Source of the DNA: an uncultured delta proteobacterium
GTDB lineage: Bacteria; Myxococcota; Myxococcia; Myxococcales; Myxococcaceae
Direction: 5' to 3'
Length of the DNA: 64,000 nt
NCBI GenBank assembly: GCA_963771175.1
Contig: CAVYSY010000038.1
Span: forward strand, 160,001 to 224,000
The first letter of the stretch is position 1. Each line of letters opens with the position of its first letter. The notes below the pieces were generated by a model. That model worked only from the letters and a program-made list of their open reading frames with translations, was not told the DNA's origin and did no database searches. This document shows, one piece after another, positions 55,451-64,000 of the stretch. The position numbers and the translations under genes are program-made.

Positions 55451-58400
55451 TCAGGCCGCGTCGGCGTCCGTACGCGACACAGGGGCGGCCGAGTCGTCGG
55501 GCCTCCAGGGCCAGGCCCGCGGGGCGATGCGCGCGTAGAGCAGGAAGAGCGACTCTCCGTCGGCGTGCTCGCGACAGACGCGACTGGCCTCGCGCAGCAG
55601 CGGACCCGGCGACAGCTCCCGGCCAGACTCGCGTAGCAGGGATCGCAGCGCCTCCGGCACGGCCTCGAAGATGCCATCCTTGTTGAGCCGCCCGTCGTTG
55701 GCCTCCGCGCACGACTCCAGGTGGCGCACCAGCTCGGCCTTCAGCCGCGCGTCGTACCCGAAGACGTACGAGCACATCTGGAACAGCTCCGAGCCCGCCT
55801 CCGTCATCAGGTCCGACTGCTCGCGCGCGAAGCCCGGCTCGCCCGCGGCCCGCCACAGGCAGTCCCACCGCGACTGCGAGGCATGGCGTGCGTACAGCGC
55901 CCGCGCCGTGAGGTAGCTCTGCATCGAGTCGTGGAAGAAGCGCACGTGCGTGGGCACCGGGCCGGGCCGCGCGTCCGCCGGCACCAGCAGCCCCGCGTCC
56001 AGCAGCACCCGCAGCTTCGCCTCGTCCGGGCTGTCCCGGAAGATGATGAGCCGGCTGCGGTGCTCCCAGTAGCTGCCCAGGCACAGCGTCTCCGCGAAGG
56101 TCAGCAGCTCCGAGGTGGCCTCGTCGTCCGGGGCCTTCTTCAGCAGCCCCGCGAACACGGCACGGTAGAGGTTGATGACGCTGTCCACGTCGCTCCCGCC
56201 GAAGCGCAGCGCCAGTCGCACGAGGATGGGCACGTAGGTCGCGTCCGCCACTCGCCCCCGACAGATGCGCTTGAGTGACTCGGAGAGCGGCACGGGCTTC
56301 CCGTCGGCGCCCGGGTACGCGGCCTGGAAGCGCACCAGCCCCGCCTCGTCCAGCCGCTTCGGCTCCACCCCCATCCAGCGCAGCGAATGCTCCATCGCCG
56401 TCCGGTACGCCTCGTTGGGCCGGGCCGACAGCAGCAGCGGCGCGTGCAGCCCCATCTCGCGCTCCAGGTAGCGGCGCAGCGCCTCGGGCTCCACCCTCGA
56501 CTCGGTGAGGCCGTCCAGCACGAGGAAGAAGTCCCCCGACTCCAGCAGCGCGTCCCGCAGCGCCTCCGGCAGCCCGAGGTCCTTCAGCGATTCCTTCGCG
56601 GCGGACTCCAGGTCCTCGGCCGCCGGATCGATGAAGACGGGCAGCGGCGAGGAGGGCTGCTTCTCGAAGCGCTCCAGCGACAACCGGACGAGCTGCCGCA
56701 GCAGGGCGCTCTTCCCCCGGCCTCCCGCGCACTGGATGAGCAGGTGCGCGCGCTCGCGCGTGAGCAGCGTGGCCAGCTCCTCGGCGGTGCGCTCGGAGGG
56801 CGAGGGCGGCACCCCGGGCCCGGCGTACTCGGTGACGTGCGAGGACAGCTCCACGTACACCTCGTCGTTGGCGCGGGCCGAGGCCACCTCCACCCGGCGG
56901 CGCACCTGCCGGACATAGGAGGCGAAGAAGCGGCGCCGGAAGGCGGGCCAGCGCAGCAGCGGCGCGGCGGCCCAGGAGAACGGATGGGTGAAGACGAGCC
57001 GGCGGAACACGCTCGGAGACAGCAGCCCCAGGCCCGCGCACAGCACCAACTCGGCACCCACCACGGCCATCAGGGAGGGCACGTGGATGCGCAGGCCACC
57101 CAGCAACCCGAGCACCTCGCCGCCACCCGCGCCCACGACGGAGGCGACGTAGCCGAGGAGCGGCAACCACTTGCGGGGAGCGGCGGTGGGGCGCAGCAGC
57201 AACATGGGCAGCAGGAGCAGCAGCGTCACCGCGAGGCACGCCAGCGCGGTGCGCACCCAGACGCGGTCGAGCAGCGGCATGCCGAAGGGCACGTGCCGGA
57301 AGGTGGCGGTGAGGCGGGTGCCATTCTCCACCTCGTGCGCCAACACGGCCCGGTAGAGGCGCTCCGCGTCTCCCGGGGGCTCCGTCCACTGGAAGAGTGG
57401 GCCGGCCGGCACCCCGAGGCGCCGAAGCCCCTGCCCGGCCAGCGCGTCTCCGTCCTCCGCGCGCAACTCGAGCCGCAGCGAGCGCCCGAGCTCCGTGGCA
57501 TGTGCGAGCCCGGGCCAGTCGAGCTCCAGGGACTCCAGCGGCAGGCCCGCCTCGAGCTTGCCCGCCATGTGGACCTTTCCGCTCGCGTCGCGCTCGAGGC
57601 GGGCGCCCCCCGCGAAGCCCACGCCCATGCGCCCCACATCCGAGGCCGGTCCGTAGATGTAGCTGCGCGGCTCGCCGGCAATCCACACGCGCCCGGTGCC
57701 CTGGATGGGGAGCACGTCGCGCATCCCCGCGCCCTCGAGCACCAACTGTGCACTCGGCCCGTCTGGCGTGAGCACGAGCCGATGCAGGGCCGTGCCACCG
57801 TCCAACAGCAGCCACCCATCCTTCTCGCTCCAGGCCTTCAGCAGTGGGGCGCCAGAGCCCATCGGCAGCGGGGCGCTTGCCGTGATGGCGTTGCCCTTCA
57901 CGGACAGCAGGCGGACCTCGCCAGCCTCCGTCACCGCCCACGCGTGCTCCGCGGAGAGCGGCAGGAGCCACGCGCCGCCGAACCCCTGCGCGCTACGCGC
58001 CACCTCGTTCCCGTCATCCCCCAGGAGGTAGACGCGCCCATCGCCGATGCTCCACACGTCGCCGTCCGGCGAGCGCCACAGCGACGGTATCCCCTCCACC
58101 GCCAGCCCCGTGCCCACCGTCTTCTCATCGCGCCCCACCAGCCGCACCTCGCTCCGGGAGGACGACGCAGTCCCCCGCCAGCACGGCCCAGACCCGGTCC
58201 GCATCGCGATGGGCGAAGATGCCCCGGACGCCAGCCCCCCCGAACATCACGCGCTTGGCGCTCTTCGCTCCGTCGCGGCTGACGAGCAGGAGCTGGACGG
58301 GCATCCCGGGCTGAGCCGCGAACACCCAGATGCTCTGGGGCCGCCGGGTGGGGAGGAGGCAGCATGTCGCGCATCTCGAGCAGGCGCCGGCTGAGTGGGC

Positions 58401-59107
58401 GAGCGTTCGTCCAGGTCCACGAAGTGGAGGCCCTGGTCCAGCACCAGCCAGCCCTGGCGCCCCTCCGCCACGGGCATCACCGTGCGCGCGGTGGTCCACC
58501 AGAGGCTGGAGGTCACCTTCAAGCCTTGACCCGAAGGAGACAGCGAGACGACCTCCACCCGGCCCGTGGCATCGATGACCCGGAGCTGGGAGTCGAACTC
58601 GGACAAGGCCCAGAGCCGCTCGCGCCCCGCTGTGGGGGTGAGCGCCAGCTCGAAGGCCCCCTCGTCCAACAGGCCCCGGGCGGTGCCTTGATGGTCCACC
58701 AGGAACACCTGGCTGCGCACCTTGGCCGAAGGCGAGAACACCTGAACCTGAACCCAGGCACGCTCGGGGTCCGCCGTGGGCACCACGTGCAGGATGGCTC
58801 CGCCCGTCTTGTCGCCGAAGCTCACGGAGGTGAGCTCACGGCCCTCCGCGTCCACGAGCCTGAGCCCGACCCGACCCGGCGTCCACACCCAGGCATGGTG
58901 GCCATGCCCGCACGGCACGATCTCACTGCCTCGCGCGATGGGCTTCAGCCAGTACCCCTCGACCTCGGCCTCGACGGGTGGAGGCGGGGCCTCGCTCTGG
59001 GCACGGGCGGCCACGCTCGCGAGCAGCAGGAGCACGGCGCTCGCGAGGAGCGGCCCCTGGGGAAACAGGCTCCGCCGGAAAGACCGGGCACGGGAGGAAG
59101 TCGTCAT
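55451..59107 (-). CDS. Large signal peptide + beta-propeller-like + TM + NACHT/STAND-like NTPase protein (frameshifts ~58380 and ~58155)
   Basis: Signal peptide ending ARA-Q; repeated beta-rich units (HAWVW, RAWVQ, RLWAL, RVWAV, DVWSI, RVWIA); TM helices at ~57020-57260; Walker A CAGGRGKS, Walker B FFLVLDGLTE; FFHDSMQSYL. Confidence 0.7.
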
Positions 59108-59198
59108 GGCGAGCGGACGTCCGGGGGCAACGAGGAGCCCGGGCGCCGGTGCATTGTGGCACAGGAGCCCCCGCTTCAGAGCCCCCCCGGGCCGCGAC

Positions 59199-59658
59199 TC
59201 ACCCGCGCGTCTTGAGCAGCCGGGTAAGCTCGCGGTCGAGGCTGGCGGCGAACTGCTGGCGGTCCTGGTTGGAGAAGCCACTGGGGCCGCCGGTGTTCAC
59301 CCCGCTGTCGCGCAGCTCCTGCATGAAGTTCCGCACCGAGAGACGCTCGGAGATGTTCTCCTCGCTGAAGAGCTCCCCGCGCGGGTCGAGCACCACCACG
59401 CCCTTGGGGACGAGCAGCGCGGCGAGCGGGATGTCCTGGGTGACGGCGAGGTCCCCGGTCTGGGCCGAGGCGGCGATGTGCCGGTCCGCCACGTCGAGCC
59501 CGGAGCCCACCTGCACCGTGGAGACGAGCTCCGAGCGAGGCAGGGTGAGGCGCTTGTTGGCCACGAAGACGATGGGGACCTGCAAGCGCTGCGAGGCGCG
59601 CAGGAGGATGTCCCGCACCGGCACCCGGACACGCATCGGCGTCGATCCAGATTCGCAT
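59199..59658 (-). CDS. YaiI/YqxD (UPF0178) family protein (frameshift ~59630)
   Basis: MRIWIDADACP..FVAN..DVADRHI..VTQDIPLA..DPRGE..ENISERLSVRN. Confidence 0.9.
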
Positions 59659-59664
59659 GTGGGC

Positions 59665-60108
59665 TCAGCCCTCGGTGTTGCGCAGGAAGTCGGCGACGTC
59701 GGCGAAGCGCTTGTCGAGGAACACACGCACCGAGCCCTTCACGCCCCGGGCATCCATCGCCCGGCTCATGCTGCGCACCCAGGCATCGCGCATGGCGATG
59801 TCCACGGGAACGTGTCCGTGGCGCATGCGCAGGCGCGGGTGGCCGTGCTTCTCCATGTAGTGCTGGGGTCCGCCCAGCCAGGCGATGAGGAAGAGGCCGA
59901 AGCGCTCACGCATGCCGCGCGACACCCTGCCCTGCTCATCCAGCTCATGCAGGCGGGCGAGCGCCGGCTCGTGCGCATCCATGGCGTCATAGAAGGCCTC
60001 GGCGAGGGCTCGCACGCCCTCCTCCCCACCCAGACGGTGGAAGGGCATGTCCTCCATGGTGGGGTACCAGTCGTCATCGCTGGGAACGTTCAGCCCGATG
60101 GGCTTCAT
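59665..60108 (-). CDS. Group II truncated hemoglobin
   Basis: LGGEEGV..FYDAM, WLGGPQHY..HGHPRLRMRH, RDAW, FLRN. Confidence 0.92.
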   Translation of the reverse strand: MKPIGLNVPSDDDWYPTMEDMPFHRLGGEEGVRALAEAFYDAMDAHEPALARLHELDEQGRVSRGMRERFGLFLIAWLGGPQHYMEKHGHPRLRMRHGHVPVDIAMRDAWVRSMSRAMDARGVKGSVRVFLDKRFADVADFLRNTEG

Positions 60109-60193
60109 TCCCGGTGGACATAGCGGTATTCAACCCGGTGCGGGGAGACACATTCTCCTCGCACAGCGCGCGCGGCGGGGAAAGCCCTTCGTC

Positions 60194-61086
60194 TCACGCC
60201 GCCCAGCGCTTGGGGCGCGTCTTCATCGTGGTGAGCCCCAGCGAGTCGCACAGCGCCAGGAAAGGCTCGCGAGGCACACCCGCCCAGGCGAGGTCCTCGA
60301 GGGACTCGGCCCAGGGGCACGTCCGTCACCAGCGTGGCGAGCTTGCGGTAGAGCAGCGCGTCCTCGCGGTGCTCGCGCAGGGTGGCCGCGAGCTTGTCCG
60401 CGCCGCGCGGGCGCACCGTCCAGTCGAGGCCGGGTCGTCGGGAATGGCCTCCAGGTGGCCGTAGGCGCCGAGCAGCGCCGACGCGCTCTTCTCGCCGAAG
60501 CCGGGCAGCCCCGGGATGCCGTCCGCGTCGTCGCCCACCAGCGCGAGCAGGTCCGGCACGCTCGCCGGGCGCGACGCCGCGCTGCGCGCGCACCGCGTCC
60601 TCGTCGAGCACCTTCTCGCTGCCTGCGGTCCACCTGCACCACGCGCTCGCCCGCGCACGCACTGCCCGAGGTCCTTGTCCGGCGTGAGGATCCGCACCTG
60701 CTCGACCTGGCCCGGCCCAGCGCGCGGCGGCGGTGGCCAGCGCGTCGTCGGCCTCGTAGCTCCTTCATCGACCAGACCGTGACGCCCGAGCGCGCGCACC
60801 GCCTCCTCGACCAGGTCGAACTGCGCGAGCAGCTCGGGCGGCACGCCCTCGTCGGTCTTGTAGCCGGCGAAGAGGTCGTTGCGGAACGAGCGGATGGGGT
60901 TGTCGAAGGCGACGCGCGACGTGGCGTCACCGCCTCCGTCGGCGTCGTGCAGCAGCGCGAGCAGCGAGCGACACGAGCCCCACCGTGGCCTTCACGTCCC
61001 GACCGTCCGGCGCGGTGTGAGCCGGGGCGGGGCGAGAAGTGGGCGCGGAAGAGCTCGTAGGTACCGTCGACGAGGTGCAGGCGCAT
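60194..61086 (-). CDS. 5'-3' exonuclease / flap endonuclease (many apparent frameshifts)
   Basis: MRLHLVDGTYELFRAHF, SFRNDLFAGYK (read from DNA), TPDKDLGQCV, LALVGDDADGIPGLPGFGEKSA. Confidence 0.85.
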
Positions 61087-61101
61087 GGGGCCCTGTCTAA
61101 C

Positions 61102-61569
61102 TCAATTCCGGCGGTAGCGGACCACGGTGACCTCGATGTCCGCGCCCTCCGCCTCCAGCGAGGACACCATCACCGCGAGCGCCCGCGCCTCGTCGAAGCC
61201 ACCGCTGCCCGAGCCGATGACGGGAAACGCCACGGAGCGGAAGCCGTGCTCCCGCGCCCGCGCGAGCGCATTGGCCACCGAGTCCCGGATGGAGCGCTCG
61301 GACGAGCGCCAGAGCATGTTGATGCCGGCCACGTGGATGATGCCCTGGTAGGGCAGCCGGCCCGCGGAGGTGACCACCGCCGAGCCGAGTGGCATCGGCC
61401 CCACGCGCGCCAGCTCGCGGAAGGGCTGGAGCCCGCCCCGCTTCTTGATGGCACCCGATACGCCCTGCGGCAGCAACAACCACCACGGGATGATGTTCCG
61501 GTTCCAGGCGTTGACGATGGCGTCGACCCGCTGCTCCAGCAGGTCTCCCTCGACGATGTGCGGCGTCAT
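61102..61569 (-). CDS. Macro domain (ADP-ribose binding/hydrolase) protein
   Basis: VEGDLL..VDAIVNAWN..GVSGAI..IIHVAG..SVAFPVIGSGSGG. Confidence 0.9.
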   Translation of the reverse strand: MTPHIVEGDLLEQRVDAIVNAWNRNIIPWWLLLPQGVSGAIKKRGGLQPFRELARVGPMPLGSAVVTSAGRLPYQGIIHVAGINMLWRSSERSIRDSVANALARAREHGFRSVAFPVIGSGSGGFDEARALAVMVSSLEAEGADIEVTVVRYRRN

Positions 61570-61706
61570 GGTGGGCTCCAACCTCCACCAGTCAACGCGA
61601 GCGGCGAGGACCTGTCGAGCCTCCCTCCTTGACTGGGCGAGTGGCACCTGGGCCCTCGACCGGCGGTAGCAGGCTCCTCGCGCATGGAAGCTTGTAGAGT
61701 GCGCCC

Positions 61707-62495
61707 ATGCGCCCACTGCTCATCCTGACGGCCCTGCTCGCCGCGACGTCCTCGGTAGCCCAGTCCGCGCCCGAGGCGCCCAAGTCCATGCTCCTCGTCT
61801 GGGGCGGAGGCAAGACGCCCCAGGAGGCCGAGGCCGCCGCGAAGGACTACCGCGAGCGCGCCGGCGACTGGAAACAGGTGCTGACGCTCGCCGAGGGCTA
61901 CCCGCGCATCCTCGAGAGCGACACCGTCCCCGGCCTCAAGCCCGGCTTCCACGTGGTGGTGCTCGGCGTGTGCGAGCCCAAGGAGGGCGCCACCCTCGAG
62001 GCCGCCTTCGACGCCCTGGAGCCCCGCACCTACAGCCGCGAGGTGTCCTGGCCCGAGAAGGGCAAGCTGCCCTGCCCGCAGCTCGCCTATTACTGGTCCT
62101 TCGAGAACTCGGTGCGGGCCAAGAGCAAGCAGGGCGACCTCCTCGCCGCCTTCTTCAGCGCCTCCGAAGCCGAGGGCGACTTCGAGATGCACGGCTGGCA
62201 CGTGGTGTTCACCGCGTTCGACAAGCAGGGCAAGCGGCTCGGCACGCGCACGGAGTCCTCCGGCACCACGTACTCCGACCTCCAGCAACTGGAGGCCAAG
62301 GGGGCCCGGCTGCTGATGAAGGAGCGCAAGCTGGACCCGCCATGCCATGGCGCGCCGAGCTTCGAGGTGGTCGAGCGCACCTGGAGCGCGCGCCTCGACG
62401 GGGAGGCCATCGTCATCGACAGCGGCACCACGAAGAGCGTGGAGTCGGGCTCCTGCTCGTACCCGGAGCTCGGGGCTCCCCCCGAGGGAGACTGA
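61707..62495 (+). CDS. Secreted hypothetical protein
   Basis: Signal peptide; VWGGGKT..GLKPGFHVVVLGVC. Confidence 0.7.
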   Translation: MRPLLILTALLAATSSVAQSAPEAPKSMLLVWGGGKTPQEAEAAAKDYRERAGDWKQVLTLAEGYPRILESDTVPGLKPGFHVVVLGVCEPKEGATLEAAFDALEPRTYSREVSWPEKGKLPCPQLAYYWSFENSVRAKSKQGDLLAAFFSASEAEGDFEMHGWHVVFTAFDKQGKRLGTRTESSGTTYSDLQQLEAKGARLLMKERKLDPPCHGAPSFEVVERTWSARLDGEAIVIDSGTTKSVESGSCSYPELGAPPEGD

Positions 62496-62573
62496 GCCCC
62501 GGAAGGCACCACTTCGCCTCGAGGGCGCTCGCACGCGCCGCCGCCGCTGTCGTTAGCCTCCCCGGTGCACGCC

Positions 62574-63158
62574 ATGTCCTTGGACACCCCACCCGTCCTG
62601 CTCACCACTCCGCGCCTGAACCTGACCCTGCTGCCTCCGGACGCCGCCGCGCGCGTGCTGGCCTACCATCGGGCCAACCGCGAGCACCTCGGCCCCGTCT
62701 CGCCCTCGCGCCCCGACAACTTCTTCACCGTCACCTGGTGGCGCTCGCGGCTGGCGCAGGACGCCGAGGACTGGCGGCGAGGCCTCGCCCTGCGCCTCTT
62801 CCTGCTGTCGCGCGAGGCCCCCCTCACCTCCGCCCCGGTGCTCGGCAGCGTGTCCCTCACCGACATCCGCCGCGGGCCCCTGCAGTCCGCCGAGCTGGGC
62901 TTCGGGCTGGACCACCGCGCCCAGGGCCAGGGGTACATGACCGAGGCCGTGCGCGCCTTGTGTGACCATGCCTTCGGGCCCCTGGGGCTGCACCGTATCC
63001 AGGCCAACCACCTGCCGGAGAACCACCGGAGCGCCGCCGTGATGCGCCGCCTGGGCTTCGCCGTCGAGGGCCTCGCGCGCGAGCTCGTCCTCATCGACGG
63101 CCGCTGGCGCGACCACGTCCTCACGGCGCTGCTGGCGCCTCGGCCACCGGAAGAGTGA
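62574..63158 (+). CDS. GNAT acetyltransferase, RimJ/RimL family
   Basis: [47 protein letters not shown]. Confidence 0.9.
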   Translation: MSLDTPPVLLTTPRLNLTLLPPDAAARVLAYHRANREHLGPVSPSRPDNFFTVTWWRSRLAQDAEDWRRGLALRLFLLSREAPLTSAPVLGSVSLTDIRRGPLQSAELGFGLDHRAQGQGYMTEAVRALCDHAFGPLGLHRIQANHLPENHRSAAVMRRLGFAVEGLARELVLIDGRWRDHVLTALLAPRPPEE

Positions 63159-64000
63159 AGGAGAAGGTGCTGCCCACTCCCGGCTGGCTCTCCACCTGGA
63201 GGTGCCCGCCGTGGGCCTCGACGATGCCCTTGGCGATGGGCAGCCCCAGCCCCGCGCCCTCCCGCGAGCTCTTGGCCTGCCAGTAACGGTCGAAGAGATA
63301 CGGCAGGTGCTCGGACGCGATGCCCTTGCCCGTGTCGCTGATGGCGAAGCCCACCGCCTCCCCCTCGCGCCGGGCCCTCACGGTGATGCGCCCGCCCTCG
63401 GGCGTGAAGCGCAGCGCGTTGCCGATGAGGTTGGAGAACACCTGCAGCACCCGGCTCCGATCCGCCAGCACCGGCGGCAGCTCCGACTCCTCCTCGCGCT
63501 CCAGCCGCAGCCCGCGTGACTCCGCCAGGGGCCGGTGCAGCTCGATGACCTCGTCCAGCAGCCTCTTCACCGACTCGGGCTTGCGCTCCACCGTCATGCG
63601 CCCCACCTCGAGCTTGGCCACGTCGAGCAGGTCCTGGATGAGGTGGACGGCCCGCTCCGCCGAGCGCCGGATGAGCTCCCCCTGCTTGCGCCAGGACGCC
63701 GCCTCGGGGCCCTCGGGCAGGTGCTTGAGCAGGTAGGTGGCGCCCAGCGAGATGACGTTGAGGGGATTGCGCAGGTCATGCGAGACGACGGCGAGCACCT
63801 CGTCGCGCGCCTGCGTGGCCTGCTGGGACTGCTTGTAGAGCCGGGCGTTGTCGATGGTGAGGGCGGCCCGGCCGGCCAGCCCCTCGGCGAGCGCGAGATC
63901 CGTCGGCCCGTAGCGCCGCCCCGACTCCGCATCCGTGGCGAAGGTGATGGCGCCCAGCGTCCGCCCCCGTGCCACCAGGGGGACGATCATCATCGAGCGC
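63121..64000 (-). CDS. GAF-domain sensor histidine kinase, 3' part (5' end outside window)
   Basis: [26 protein letters not shown]; overlaps the convergent GNAT gene by 38 bp. Confidence 0.92.
   Translation of the reverse strand, partial: RSMMIVPLVARGRTLGAITFATDAESGRRYGPTDLALAEGLAGRAALTIDNARLYKQSQQATQARDEVLAVVSHDLRNPLNVISLGATYLLKHLPEGPEAASWRKQGELIRRSAERAVHLIQDLLDVAKLEVGRMTVERKPESVKRLLDEVIELHRPLAESRGLRLEREEESELPPVLADRSRVLQVFSNLIGNALRFTPEGGRITVRARREGEAVGFAISDTGKGIASEHLPYLFDRYWQAKSSREGAGLGLPIAKGIVEAHGGHLQVESQPGVGSTFSFTLPVAEAPAAP

Overview
GC-rich chromosomal window, most likely from a myxobacterium (Archangium/Cystobacter-like; inferred from gene content and codon style). It carries about 55 CDSs. 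Housekeeping genes include ligA (3' part), class I fumarase, hemL, kdsC, lgt, two tandem lspA, pheA, ileS, a RimK-family ligase and kup. Signalling genes include a Ser/Thr kinase, an FHA-sigma54 activator and two GAF/PAS histidine kinases. There is also a small Tad/Flp pilin cluster and many secreted proteins or lipoproteins. About a dozen genes, including essential ileS, are split by small indels, which looks like read/consensus error rather than pseudogenisation. No rRNA, tRNA or CRISPR array was recognised. The most interesting accessory items are: (1) a large secreted-propeller/transmembrane/NACHT-like NTPase receptor; (2) a GHKL ATPase fused to a HExxH zincin-like domain; (3) a secreted PD-(D/E)xK nuclease-like protein plus partner gene followed by an orphan gene remnant; (4) an Rpn nuclease with a clear internal RBS/ATG for an RpnS-type antitoxin; (5) a lipoprotein with a duplicated H/C/H/H motif and a long GGWGN prion-like tail; (6) a pair of exported HEAT-repeat proteins. 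Family names come from motif recognition by eye; no database search was run.
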